Assembly (NCBI RefSeq): GCF_001194135.2
Contig: NC_068981.1
Coordinates: forward strand, 72,399,527-72,444,864
Length of the DNA stretch: 45,338 bases
Direction of reading: 5' to 3'
Source of the DNA: Octopus bimaculoides
Lineage: Eukaryota
The stretch's first letter is position 1; each line of letters opens with the position of its first letter. Of this stretch, positions 1 through 12,015 are shown in pieces. The position numbers and the translations under genes were made by a program. The notes beneath the pieces are model-generated. The model was not told where the DNA came from. It worked only from the letters and a program-made list of their open reading frames with translations, and made no database searches.

Positions 1-250
1 CCGTCACCATTTCAATTTTACCGGTTTCGACAGCCTGTGTACGATACACTACTGTCCTCAGAATTTTATTTTCTTTAGTCTCTTTTGGGGGACACAATTT
101 GTATGAGTCTCCCTCAACTTCCATCAAATTCCTGCTTCTGGTCACCTCCTCCATATCCAACTTGATTAACTTGGTTTCTAGCGGCGCTGGCTTCCTCACC
201 GCAGTGGCTTCGCCGTAGCTCTCCATACTGGAGACACTACCACTTGCCAT
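1..250 (-). CDS. 5' part of an ORF running off the window edge; probably ORF1 of a non-LTR retrotransposon
   Basis: ATG at 250 followed by 83 stop-free codons to the edge (MASGSVSSMESYGEATAVRKPAPLETKLIKLDMEEVTRSRNLMEVEGDSYKLCPPKETKENKILRTVVYRTQAVETGKIEMVT). Not in the ORF track, presumably because it has no in-window stop. The product is inferred from context only. Confidence 0.45.
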   Translation of the reverse strand, partial: MASGSVSSMESYGEATAVRKPAPLETKLIKLDMEEVTRSRNLMEVEGDSYKLCPPKETKENKILRTVVYRTQAVETGKIEMVT

Positions 251-365
251 AGCTGGGGAAAATACAGCAGCTCACGTGAAATGCAACCGTAATAATTCCA
301 CAAAAATCACAATTATTCACCGAGACAGTTTTCATAAAGTAACACAACAGTATTCACAATAATTC

Positions 366-429
366 ACAGAACCGTTATACCGCGAAGCAGTTCGACCGGC
401 GTGCTAACGTTTCTGTAGCTCGCCGCCTT
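366..429 (-). mobile_element. tRNA-derived SINE family A 5' head
   Basis: AAGGCGGCGAGCTACAGAAACGTTAGCACGCCGGTCGAACTGCTTCGCGGTAT matches the heads of the family A copies at 10758-10938 and 14970-15197. Confidence 0.7.
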
Positions 430-671
430 CGCTCTGACAGATATTGCTATATTCCAAGTCGTCGATAGAATGGTTCTATCTGGTACGTACGACCCCCAGT
501 CATAACAGTATTATAATGCTCAAAAGATTGGTTCGATATAATGTCCACTCAATATCACAGTATGATTACCAAATCAGCAGTCTACACGTACTATCGACCA
601 ACTACTGGTCCATTTATAATGTCTGGCTACTACCACTTTTTACCGGAATGGTGTAGTTTCACTATACAACA
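430..671 (-). repeat. 3' LTR of the Gypsy element, truncated at its distal end
   Basis: Direct repeat of 4847-5135. Begins TGTTGTATAGT next to the PPT and lacks the about 53 nt matching 4794-4846. Confidence 0.9.
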
Positions 672-681
672 TCTTCCTTTT
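672..681 (-). other. Polypurine tract
   Basis: AAAAGGAAGA immediately before the TG start of the 3' LTR. Confidence 0.7.
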
Positions 682-1240
682 AATTTTTTTTATTAACAAT
701 TAATTTCTTTTATTCACTCTACCCCTCTTTTATATATATATATATATATATATACTAAATATCTTTTCTTCTTAGGGTCTACAATTAGGAATTCAGTGTT
801 CTGCATTTTCCTTGTACGTATGGTTTCGACTTCTTGTAACGGTGTTCGAACCTGAAAAATGTCATAGCCAATCCATTGATATTTCTATTCTTGTTGGTTC
901 CTTTTCTATGGCACTTTCCTTAAGCTGATTTCTATGTCTCCTTTCCATACCATTTCTGCTTCTTACACCATACATCATTATTCCTATGTATTTTGCTTGC
1001 TATTTTTGTACATTCTTAAACATACACTATCACCGATTCTAAAGAATTTTGGCAAGTCTTTACTAGTACGTATTTTTCTCTTCACTGCTCACAGTTTATC
1101 GACTACTGACTTTACCTTTCTGGCAAACATTAATTCTGCAGGTGAACTTCCTTCTGGTGTATTTGAGTTCGGAGTTACCCTGCATAACCTTAAGAATTGT
1201 TAGATCGGGACCTCATCCATGGCTTCCTTATTAGTTTTAT

Positions 1241-1815
1241 TTAAAGCCCCTTAAAAGTGTCCACGAACCGTTCGGCCCTTCCATTCAATCTAGGGAAATA
1301 CAGTGTTTTAATTTTATATTCTAAGGTGAACATCTTGCTGAATCTTTTAAACTCACAGGACACAAAATGTGTTCCGTTATCAGTGACAATTATATCCGGT
1401 ACACCAAATCTTGTGAACAGCTCGTGTAAGAAGTTTATTACCGTATATGAGGTTGGTCGTTTACAACAGGCCATTTTATGTAGCTATCCACTACTATTAA
1501 GTAATAGTATCCATTTACCGGGCCTGCAAAATCGATATGCAATCGGGATCATGGTATTTTCACTTCTGGTGAAGGTTCACATCTTGTAGTAGGTAGTCTC
1601 GCTGTCAGCGCACATTCTTTGCAGCCTTTTACCAAGTTTTCGACCTCTTTGTCCATGCTTGGCCAGTATACGAAACTTCGCATCAGCGGTTTCATTCTAG
1701 AAATGCCTGGAAGTCCTACATGAAACTCTTTTAGCATTCTCTTTTGTAACGTCTGTGGTATGAGCACCCACTGGGCGTACATTACCACACCACCACATAC
1801 AGAGTACACGTTCAC
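1241..1815 (-). pseudogene. Gypsy integrase remnants (zinc finger and catalytic core)
   Basis: EFHVGLPGISRMK...YWPSMD..V..CKECA (degraded HHCC) and FGVPDIIVTDNGTHF...NGRAERFVDTFK (DDE core). Confidence 0.9.
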
Positions 1816-2033
1816 ATTTTGGCGATTCTTTGCATCAGACTTTTTCTGTTATTTCTTTTGTAGACCACAGTTTCTTTTGTCGCATTAATAAATTTGTCAT
1901 TTCTCGCATTTCTTTTTATTTCTTCCAAAGTTACTAGTAGTTCACGCACGATGTTCCACATCACTTTTTGTTTCTACTCCCTCTCTTAGCACTGCTATTA
2001 TGGGGTTCTCCAACGGTTCGTTATTTCTCGGAA

Positions 2034-2459
2034 TTAGCCTAAACAGGCCATCAGCATGTCCAAACTTGTTGAAGGTGTATATTCCATACTATAATCGTAG
2101 TTTAATAGAATGGTACCCCTCCGCTGCAGTCTGTTTGCCGTATGTGTTGGGATTCCTTTCTTGGATCCGTATATCATTATTGGAGGTCTATGGTTCATTT
2201 GCAACCCAAAACATCGGCCGTGTATGAACCTGCGAAATTTTTTCACACCAAATATAACAACCAACGCCTCTTTTTCAATTTGGCTATAGCGCTTTTCCGC
2301 CGGCAATAATGCCCTTGAAGTGTGAGCTATAACCTTTCTCCTTCCCTCGTTATTCTTGTGTAGAAGCACGGCTCCTACCCCATACTCGCTGGCATATGTA
2401 ATTAGTATTATCTCTAACTTTGGGGCGCAATACGTAAGATACAATTCTGAAGTTAACAT
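2034..2459 (-). pseudogene. Gypsy RNase H remnant
   Basis: ASEYGVGAVLLH...IAHTSRALLPAEKRYSQIEKEALVVIFGVKKF...ANRLQRRGTILLNYDY. Confidence 0.9.
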
Positions 2460-2704
2460 ATCTTTTAACTCGTTAAATACTTTCTAGCATTTCTCTCCAA
2501 ATCCATTTAGCATTTTAAAAAATAATTCATTAAGTGGTGCCCTTACCTTATGTATATTTGGTATATACACTTGGAAATAATTTACCAAGCCTAGGAATAC
2601 TTGTAGCATTGTCACGTTCGTCGGGGGCGGTATATTTCGTATTGCCGTCGCCCTTGATGGGTCCAGTCTGCGTCCACTTTCGTCGATTACTTGACCTAAG
2701 TATT

Positions 2705-3253
2705 TTATTTTTTCCTAAAAAGTTCGCATTTTTCTTCTGTCAGTTTTAGATCATATTCACTTATTCCCTCGAATACTTTCTTTATGTGTTCAACATGCTG
2801 CACCCGAGAGTCACTCCTTGGGTATGCAATGGCAAAGTTGCAATCACTTAACAGCGCATCCATTATTTGTTGGAATATGGCAGGTGTCACTTTTACTCCA
2901 AATGGCAATCGCTTGAACTTGTAAAATCCAAAGTGCGTGTTGATTATTAGTAGATGTATACAATCTTCCAGTAACTGAATTTGAGGGTACGCCTCTGAGA
3001 GGTATAACTTCAAAAAACTTTTCCCTCCGTTTAGTTTAGCAAAAACTTCTTCTGGGCTTGGAAGTGGGTTATTGTGTGTGAGTAAATAATCGTTTAACCT
3101 GGCTGAGAAGTCTGCGCACACTCTTAGCTTATTTTTTTTTTTTACGTACACTGCTGGTGCTGCCGAGTCTGCATGATCAATCTTTTCAATTATATTCAGG
3201 CTTTCTAACTTTTCTAGTTCTTTATTGACCTGGTCTACCGCTGCAAACGGCAC
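2705..3253 (-). pseudogene. Gypsy reverse transcriptase remnant, catalytic YxDD deleted
   Basis: KLRVCADFS...PLPSPEEVFAKLNGG...RLPFGVKVTPAIFQQIMD, then AIAYPRSDS where AIAYLDDI is expected. Confidence 0.95.
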
Positions 3254-3565
3254 GTTCCATTTGGGCCTGAAAACAGGTGTTGAATTTTCTTTGATAGTAA
3301 TTTTTGCTTTTCTTTTTGTGCAACAGCCTAAACCTTCCGAAAAACATTTTGGAAAGTTTTTTTCATTTTTTGTTTCAGTTTATCGACTTTGTTCGATCGT
3401 TTAGCTGCTCCGTTTACGCTATTGCACAGAACGCTTATCCCATAAATTAAATTTTTCCTTACATTCAGTGTCAAATAAATTCATGGATTTTTTCAACACT
3501 TAAACATTCACTTTTTGGGTTCGACCTTTGAACATTATATTACGAACACGTTCACCCGTGAAATA

Positions 3566-3724
3566 TTATTTTCTTCCCGTAACACCGTACGCTATTTTGT
3601 TTGAACTCCATAATTTTGGTTTACCCATTTGTTCCCATGTTTTCTCGTTTATGACTGAGATATCACTTCCCGTGTCTAACTGCATTCTGACATTAATGTT
3701 TTCAATCCCCACATTCACAAATTT
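3566..3724 (-). pseudogene. Gypsy aspartic protease remnant
   Basis: Manual translation KFVNVGIENINVRMQLDTGSDISVINEKTWEQMGKP; the DTG motif lies within 3662-3679. Confidence 0.85.
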
Positions 3725-4082
3725 TCAGGTTTGTTGTAGTCACAACTTTTCCTACTGATAAACTATTTATTTTTTCTTGTTTATTCCATTTTCCTATCAT
3801 TCTAGTTTTGCAGTGCGATTTTATGTCCTGTAAACCCGCAGCGAAAACGCTTCGCTTTTTTTTTTTATACGGACAATCTTTCTTGAGGTACATCCCATAC
3901 ATGGGTCTACATCCTGATTTTTTTTTCTGTAACACTTTATTTGTCTTCCGACTTTTTTGCACTTGTCTTATATGGAAACACTCTTTCTGTCGAATTTCTT
4001 CCGTGTCATGTCTTAATTTTGATATCCTGTCACACTCTTCCGACAGTTTCTGCAATGTCGAATCCTGGTTCATTTCCAGTTT

Positions 4083-4681
4083 TTATATAATTTTCGTCCA
4101 GATTTCTGCATCCCTTCTATCTGTCACTCCTTGTACAAAAATCAAACACTTGAAAGAATCTGGAGTAAGCATATCTAGCCTAAATCTCTCACATTTTTTG
4201 TTGACTCTGCCTGTGTAAGTAGAGAAGTCTTCGTCTTCGCTCTTTTCTATGTTTAAACATTTCCAACAAGAATTAAACACTAAGCTCTTTTCACTAAACA
4301 TTTTTCCCAAAATGTCAACTGTGTCGGTGAAATTTATATCGGACGTTTTTTTGGGGTTAGGTGGGGGGGGGCACTATGAATTTACTATACTTCTCATGCT
4401 CTGCTGTCGCTAGTTTCTTAACACTAGACGCGTTTTAGTTTCGTCCGTCCAATTTGTTGAAATCTTCGAAAGTAAGCCTCGAAGGTTACTCCTTCTTTGG
4501 GGTCGTATTTAAATTTGTATATGGAATTTACTACATGATCAGGTGAAAATGTATTCTCCGGTTGTAACATTTGCCGCTGCAATCCTTGTTGGTATTCTCG
4601 TTGTTCCTTGAGGTGTTGTTGCTGTTTTTGCCAGCTAACAAGTCTTCCATATTTTACGATTTTCGTAAATTTGCATAACAA
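4083..4681 (-). pseudogene. Gypsy gag remnants
   Basis: NSIYKFKYDPKEGVTFEAYFRRF and VNKKCERFRL..LTPDSFKCLIFVQG, typical of Mag/K02A2.6-like gag. Confidence 0.8.
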
Positions 4682-4779
4682 GATTTTTGTTTCTCTTTGT
4701 CATGGTATTTAATTCTCCACGTGAATTATTTTAAACTCTCTGTGTGAATGTTTTTTTTTCACTCCGCGTAAAGCTGTTT

Positions 4780-4792
4780 ACCCTCGTCGCCA
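4780..4792 (-). other. Primer-binding site, complementary to the tRNA-Ser(GCU) 3' end
   Basis: TGGCGACGAGGGT, 1 nt after the LTR end TACAACA; metazoan tRNA-Ser(GCU) ends ...CCCTCGTCG-CCA (from memory). Confidence 0.75.
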
Positions 4793-4793
4793 C

Positions 4794-5135
4794 TGTTGTA
4801 AAGCGGTCTTTTGCCACTGCTGTATCTGTCTTTTGACGACAGTTGCCGCTCTGACAGATATTGTTATATTCCGAAGTCGTTGATAGAATGGTTCTATCTG
4901 GCACTGTACGACCCACAGTCGTAACAGTATTATTATCCTCAAAAGGATGGATCGATATAACGTCTACTCAATATCACAGTATGATTACTAAATCAGCACT
5001 GACACGTCTCTCAGAACAGTCTACACGTACTCTCGGCCTTCTGACCTTCTCCTGCCGACCGGCTACTGATGTATTTATAATGACTGACTACTACCATTTT
5101 TTTCCTGGAGGAATGTACGGTTTCACTATAGAACA
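4794..5135 (-). repeat. 5' LTR of the Gypsy element (342 bp, TG...CA)
   Basis: TGTT...AACA termini, repeat of 430-671, abuts the PBS. Confidence 0.9.
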
Positions 5136-5789
5136 GTATTATGTTGATGCATACAATGAGCTATGTGCGTAGGCACTCAGTAAACTCCCCCAGAAAATAA
5201 AAATATTCAAATACGATTGGTTTCTGGTTATATTGTAAAAGTCTTGGAGACTGAATAAAGAATTCTATAGATGAGATTGAGACATTTTATAAAGGTGACA
5301 GTGGTTTTGAATTTCATCACTCTGGTGAAAGTATTAGTCATATGTAATTTCACACTCTTCCTTTTAATCTGATGCTATATTTTATATTCATATCTTTCTC
5401 TTTATGCATCGACTGTAATACAATTTTTTTTTTATCTGCATCTGCTACTGTTTCAGTCTTGTAATATCTTTCTATAATCTATTTTCTAAAGTTAAATCAT
5501 TTACATTCTTGCTATATTCCAGTATATTCAGCTTCATTTTCCTTGGATGTGATATGTTATATTCATGTTAATTCTTAGATTTAATAATTCTACCGCATCG
5601 TTATATATTAAATTGCTCAGTTACAACTTGTACTTTAAACACACACACATAAACGTTGGCATAATCATCAAACAATAAAACTGCCTTTGCATGGAAAATA
5701 ACAAGGACAGTTCTAACAAATGTATTAATTCCTCCGCCATCTTCAACAAATGTGTTTACACAAGCATACACTCACATATAAGTATATGC

Positions 5790-5820
<31 letters not shown>

Positions 5821-6272
5821 NNNNNNNNNNNNNNNNNNNNNNNNNNNNNNNNNNNNNNNNNNNNNNNNNNNNNNNNNNNNNNNNNNNNNNNNNNNNNNNN
5901 NNNNNNNNNNNNNNNNNNNNNNNNNNNNNNNNNNNNNNNNNNNNNNNNNNNNNNNNNNNNNNNNNNNNNNNNNNNNNNNNNNNNNNNNNNNNNNNNNNNN
6001 NNNNNNNNNNNNNNNNNNNNNNNNNNNNNNNNNNNNNNNNNNNNNNNNNNNNNNNNNNNNNNNNNNNNNNNNNNNNNNNNNNNNNNNNNNNNNNNNNNNN
6101 NNNNNNNNNNNNNNNNNNNNNNNNNNNNNNNNNNNNNNNNNNNNNNNNNNNNNNNNNNNNNNNNNNNNNNNNNNNNNNNNNNNNNNNNNNNNNNNNNNNN
6201 NNNNNNNNNNNNNNNNNNNNNNNNNNNNNNNNNNNNNNNNNNNNNNNNNNNNNNNNNNNNNNNNNNNNNNNN

Positions 6273-6560
6273 GAAGCAAGGGTGGGGTGTAAGGTGGGTG
6301 GAGTGTAAGGTGGGTGGGATGTGATGTATAGGGATGGTGGGTTGGAATGTGTAAGGGTGGGTAACTAGGGAGGGGGTGACGATGAAGGTAAAGGGTAGAA
6401 GGGAGAAGGTGAGTGAAAGTGAAAAGAGGAAGTAGATTTCAGAGAGGAGAGGAGGGTGGGTGGGAAGAATTAGGTGTGAGAGGAAAGAGGAGGAGAGTTA
6501 GATGAAGAGGGGAGGAGAGTTGAACCCATGTGGTGCAAAGGAGCGAAGAGAGAAGATTAA
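6273..6560 (-). mobile_element. Penelope-like element fragment: end of GIY-YIG ORF plus C/T-rich 3' region
   Basis: LIFSLRSFAPHGFNSPPLFI* (6498-6560) resembles the PLE C-terminal LIFxLGxLxPxGLN motif; a pyrimidine-rich tail runs into the gap. Confidence 0.6.
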
Positions 6561-6561
6561 T

Positions 6562-6620
6562 CCCAGCCAGGCCTTTTGTGATTCTCTTAAAGCCAGGAAC
6601 TTTTCAGCATCCCCTCGTAT
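6562..6620 (+). mobile_element. Right end of a mariner-type MITE
   Basis: AGCCAGGAACTTTTCAGCATCCCCTCGTA-TA, the same terminus as 8751-8960. Confidence 0.6.
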
Positions 6621-6856
6621 ATATGTATACATACACACATACATTACTGCATAGATGCGCACAAATATATACATAGTAAAATTCTATACAGATACATACC
6701 TGTATAAGCACATTCAGTTGCATCTCTTCCATACACAAAGTATGCATATATAGACTTATATATAGTTATATACACACATATATAGAATTATATACAGTTA
6801 TATACACACTCGTGTTATATCATCATTATTAATATACCTACAATTATAGATATACA

Positions 6857-6990
6857 GGCGAAGGTGTAGCTGTGTAGTAAAAAGTTTGCTTCCCAACCAC
6901 ATTGTTCCAGGTTCAGTTCCACTGCGTGACACCTTGATCAAGTGTTTTCTACTAGAGTCTCGGGTCGACCAAAGCCTTGTGAGTAGAGAT
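6857..6990 (+). mobile_element. tRNA-derived SINE family B (head, CORE-like segment)
   Basis: Homologous to the reverse complement of 25065-25214; B-box-like GGTTCAGTTCC, then CACCTTGATCAAGTG. Confidence 0.8.
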
Positions 6991-7889
6991 TTCAAGGTGT
7001 AAAATGGCAGAATCATGCTATTCTATAACGATGGCGTGATTCTAGAATTCTAATTTCGAAACCTCTATGTATTCTTATTTGCATCTCTCTTGGATATTAT
7101 TCCCGTTTTATTATTATACATAATTCATTCAATTTACTCTTATAACCCAGTTTGACAGATTCAGTCTAATTGAAGTGTTTACTTTATAGCATTATAGACC
7201 GACTATATGTTTATATCCATAGGCTCTTATGTGAGCCTGGACACATATTTATATTTAAATATATATAGGCGTTATGTATGTATTTGTACGTATGTGTATG
7301 CCCATTCGTTTAGATGTCTGTGTGTACACACTCACACACATACCACACACACACACACACATATGCCTTTGTTCTGGTGTGTATGTATGTGTGTATCTAT
7401 ATGTTTTTAAGTGTATAGATGTATATTCAAATTTGTGTATTATATAGGCGTTTACATTTGCATTTATATTTGTGTATCTTTATGAGCATGTACATCTATA
7501 ATCTATACTCGTGCAAGTAAGTACATACACATTCATGCGTATAACAGGATAAAAGGACACAATCTTTACTCCCATTTTTCCTTAATGTTTTCTCCTCATT
7601 TTCGCATGTGATCTTTTGTTTTTGCTTTTACTAATTTTCTTAGCATTTTTTTCGTTGAATAGATGGCTATGTCATCTGAGTGTGAACCATTACCGAATCG
7701 TGCTCGGCATGCTATACACATCTGTCCGATTACTGCACTAGCCGAACATGAAACTTGAAGTGGCTCACGAATAACTACTGTATTAATTAAATAATATTGT
7801 CCTTGTATTCAGATCCTAACGACAAAGTGTATAAATATGAAGATAGTCTCACGTAGTCCGAGAAAGACATTTCTACAATCTCTTGCTCA

Positions 7890-8136
7890 ACAACTTACAC
7901 AAACGATGTGTTTATAGTGATCAAATGTATGCGCTGTGCATTTGCTCCCTCCCTCCATCAAGTCGATGTTGCCTGAACAGGTTCACGTCGTGCTACACGT
8001 CAGGTGTCGAAGTGATCGCAGAGCAACGTGAGATGAAGTGTTTTGCTTAAGAACACAACGCACCACCCGGTCTAGGAATTGAAATTAGGATCTCGCGACC
8101 GTGAGTGTAACACCCGAACCACTAAGATATGCGCCC
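7890..8136 (-). mobile_element. tRNA-derived SINE family D (CORE-like)
   Basis: GGCGCATATCTTAGTGGTTCGGGTGTTACACTCACGGTCGCGAGATCCTAATTTCAATTCC tRNA-like head, then GTTCTTAAGCAAAACACTTCATCTCACGTTGCT. Confidence 0.7.
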
Positions 8137-8144
8137 TCGCACTG

Positions 8145-8195
<51 letters not shown>

Positions 8196-8750
8196 TCTCT
8201 CTCTCTTCTAACACGCACGTACATATATGACATATACATAACAGTAATAGTACAGCAATCACATAATTATAGACATTAAAAGTTTTTTTCTATCGAATTT
8301 AAGAAATCATATCACAGTATTCAATAGCAGCTAATCACTTACGTGCAAGCTACGATTGTGTTAGTAGGTGTAGGTTAGATATATAACTGTTGCTGTAGCA
8401 ATTACCAAATAGCTGTGAACGTGTTACTGTCAATTCACTTTTTTTCTTTTTTTTTTCCCACATATCTGCTAGTATTCGCCCACATATCTGTGTTTGTGAC
8501 ATTTGTCTGCGTGTGTACCTCTCAAGTGATTCACGAGAAAACTCGAAATATTGAATTCTATTGAGTATACGATCAAGTTATTGTGAAAGCTTGAAAAGAT
8601 AATCTTGCGTGCATTTCATGAAATGCAAGGCCATACATAATCAAAATAGGAGGTGAACCAGCTTTGCTCTTATTTTATTTTTGTTATTAGATTTACTAAG
8701 ATAGCAACTAGTAATAACGATAATGATGCCATAGACAACTGTGAGAAAAT

Positions 8751-8960
8751 TATGAGTGGGTGCTGAAAAGCTTCTGGCTTTGGATAAAAGAAAATACAGG
8801 AGGATCAGTTAATTATGATTTTATTCAACATATTTCCCTCTCAGATTCATACACTTGTTGCAGTGATCCTCCAGTTTTTCTAAGCCCTGTAAAAGAACTC
8901 AGAAGTTTGGGCCTCCAACTAGACCTTAGAACCAGGAACTTTTCTGCATCCCCTCGCATA
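8751..8960. mobile_element. Tc1/mariner-derived MITE, about 210 bp, TA flanks
   Basis: Imperfect TIRs TGAGTGGGTGCTGAAAAGCTTCTGG and (reverse complement) TGCGAGGGGATGCAGAAAAGTTCCTGG, bounded by TA. Confidence 0.7.
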
Positions 8961-10757
8961 GTTGAGGTTGTTCTAATAAACAACCCTTATTGTAAACCCT
9001 ATGCGAATTGATTGAATAGACCACTTATTTGCAGATAGCTGATTCAACGACGAGGAGCCAACCATAGATCTAATGATACTCTATGCCACCTTTCAGCTGA
9101 AAACCATAGTGTCCAGTCCGATATGCTATGAAGAATCATAGAGTATGTAGTATAACGGTCTGAACATGTATTCCCTCCATCTGCCAGTGTATTACTGTGC
9201 GCCAGTAGATTTTGATGGTATCCACACAGGAGGTGGGAAAGATAAACTCTGTCAGTGCGTGGCAGATTTTGTATCCTTGCTCTCGTCATTGAACCGTTTA
9301 GCAGTAGAGATAATTTATGTAGCTGTAAGGGAAAGTACATAATTGCTGAGTATCTTGGTTTGTTGAAACAAGCACGAATTCTCTCTTTGAATAAGCAAGT
9401 TGCTATTCCTGTTTAGTCATAGGCCAGTCCTGACCAAGCAGACGTTTGCGTATGATCAATTAACTTACTAGCCGTGACCGTCCCATTTATTTCCTATGTG
9501 CAAAAACATAGGACCATACTAACCTATGTGTTTCTTTTTAGGATGGCTAAGGGCTATTTCTCGCCGGTCTAATGACTAGATAAATGCATCCAGTTTGGCT
9601 TGAAAAAACAGTGGTGCTAGGGTGGAGTGTTTTTGCGTTGTGCGTCAAGAGATTAGAAAGAATGGCCACCGAGTCTTTAATAATATCAACACTTCTGATA
9701 TAACACTTGTACTTTGAAAGGAGAAGAATAAACGCTATATAGCTCGCAAGATAAGTAAACAAAACTTTTGCCGGAAGATGAGGTGTAAGAAGAGAAGAAC
9801 AAATAAACAATTTATTCAAGTTTGTCATGGAAATTTATCATTTCTACAGGCTTTACTAGTTTACAGTTCAACAAGTGTATTTTAGAAAACGGTAAAGAGT
9901 AGTGCATCTATGGGGCATCATCAAGTGTTTAAACTAATAGATATAACAATTACAATAGCAATGTATTTCAATAATCTGATAAAAGCACTGTGTGAATTTA
10001 TTACACGTGCATACTTGTACTTGTCCAGGTTCTCAGCTCTAGCAGTGTTGGAGCATATTATTTTATAACGCTTCTCATCTCATTAGTTCAAATCACTCAT
10101 AATAGGTTATCGATTTTATTTTAGGTTTTGCGGTGTCAAATTTTGGTTTTAGCAAACCCAACGCTTTTATGTATTTCAGCTTTTAGATTTTGAAATAAAA
10201 AATTTTTTTTTGTGATTTTCATATCTAAATATTTATTATAGCCAAATATTTCTAACTTCTAAAGCCCTCTTTTTAATTGTTGCTATGTAATATATTTATT
10301 AAAGTGGTTTGCTATTAGTTCTTCATAAAGTAGATTGCTTTCTGGATACCGTTATCAACACAATGTTAAAAATAATTTTAAAGAACAAATGTGAAAAATT
10401 AAAACTGAGAAAACTTATTCTGTAATATATGGTGCTTTTGTCGATTAAAATGAAATAGAGTTAGTTTCATGGATGGAACATGGATGCAATAAACTCAATG
10501 CATTATAACCTTTAATTTCTGTACGGCTAGCCGCCTAAGTTCAAATATTATTTAAGTCCACCTCATTTACCTGTCAATGTCTGTAAAATAAGCACCAATT
10601 ATAAGAGAATCAATTCAATCAAATGCTCATACCCTTACAAACAACGGGCTTGTAAGTTAGATAAAGCTGCCTTATTAAGAAGAAAGAATTGATAAATTTC
10701 CTTTTGAACTACTGATCACTAAATACATATTTGTTTTACATTTTGGTTTAAATTTCA

Positions 10758-10938
10758 GGGGAGGGGATAAGTCGATTACATCGACACCAGTGCTCGACTG
10801 GTAGTTATTTTATCAACCCCGAAAAGGATGAAAGGCAAAGTCGACCTCGGCGGAGTTTGAACTCAGAACGTGAAAACGGACGAAATCCCGCTAAGCATTT
10901 TACTCGGCGAGCCATCGATACTTCCAGCTCACCGCCTT
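10758..10938 (-). mobile_element. SINE family A (tRNA head plus Meta/MESC-like domain)
   Basis: AAGGCGGTGAGCTGG head, GAGTTCAAAC B box, GTCGACTTTGCCTTTCATCCTTTTCGGGG central domain. Confidence 0.9.
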
Positions 10939-11549
10939 GATCATTAAATACATATTACCGACCATTTTGCAAAAGCTAACTACAACAAAACCGAATGCTA
11001 ACTTCTGGGTTAGTCTGAAGGGGTGGGGGGTAATCAATCACTAAATGGCTAAGATTATGAGGAGAAATTCAAAGAAAAATTGATTTAACTGCTTGTTGGA
11101 TATATGTCCATATATATCTCTAATTTGGTATGATAAGGATTCCTTAGACGGGCATGAAGAGTTAGAAGCCAAGAAAACGTGAATAATAAGCTGGAAAGTT
11201 TTTCAAGTAAATTAGTCAAGCAAGTAATTTGGTTTTACATAACAACTGACTTAAATTCAAAAAAAAAAAAACATTTGAGGAATCACTTGAATTGACCGTA
11301 TTTTCTTCTCTGAAGTATTTAGTCTGATCTCTCTATAATGGAACCATTATTACCCAGAAAGAAATTGTACTGTTAAAAGTACTACAACTTCAGACTTAGT
11401 GACTTGCGGTATACAAATTTGTCTCTTTACGTTATGAATCCATATTTTCTCCTTGGCGTCTTTACTTTTCATTTACCCAAGATCAGTAAGTTCCATTAAC
11501 AACATGAATTGTTGCAATCGAGATTACACAATTCTTTTAAAGAGTGGCT

Positions 11550-11710
11550 TTGTAGCCATGGCTGTGTTATTAACACGTTTTCTTCGTGCACTCACCCAGT
11601 TCCAGGTTCTAGCAGTTGTGCAAGTGTCTACTATCATAGTCTCGGATCGTTCAACACTGTGTGAATGAAAGTTGTTCAAAGAAAACTACCAGAAAACTCG
11701 TAGTACGCGC
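11550..11710 (+). mobile_element. SINE family B, old and degenerate
   Basis: GGCTGTGTT...GTTCCAGGTTC...GCAAGTGTCTACTATCATAGTCTCGG aligns with 6857-6990. Confidence 0.5.
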
Positions 11711-11823
11711 GTATGCGCACGACACACACACACACTTATGTATGAGGGTGATTCTTTAGTAATGTGTGTGTGTGGTAACGAATACTGCGGTGACGAACGC
11801 TTTTCCATTAACATGTCCAGAAG

Positions 11824-12015
11824 AGACGGAGAGCTGGTAGAATCATTAGCATGCCGGATTAAATGCTTAGCGGCATTTCTTCTGGCTTTATCTTCTGAGT
11901 TCAAATTCCGACGGGGTCGATTTTGCCTTTCATCCTTTAGGGTTCGATAAATAAATACCAGTTGAGCAGTCGATGTAATCGATTAACCTCCTCCCTACAA
12001 AACTTTCGGGCCTTA
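11824..12015 (+). mobile_element. SINE family A
   Basis: GAGCTGGTAGAATCATTAGC...CTGAGTTCAAATTCC...GCCTTTCATCCTTTAGGG...GTCGATGTAATCGAT. Confidence 0.85.

Larger units (their letters stand above)
430..5135 (-). mobile_element. Decayed Ty3/Gypsy LTR retrotransposon (Mag-like, K02A2.6-like pol)
   Basis: LTR-PBS-gag-PR-RT-RH-IN-PPT-LTR order on the minus strand, with many frameshifts and stops. Confidence 0.95.
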
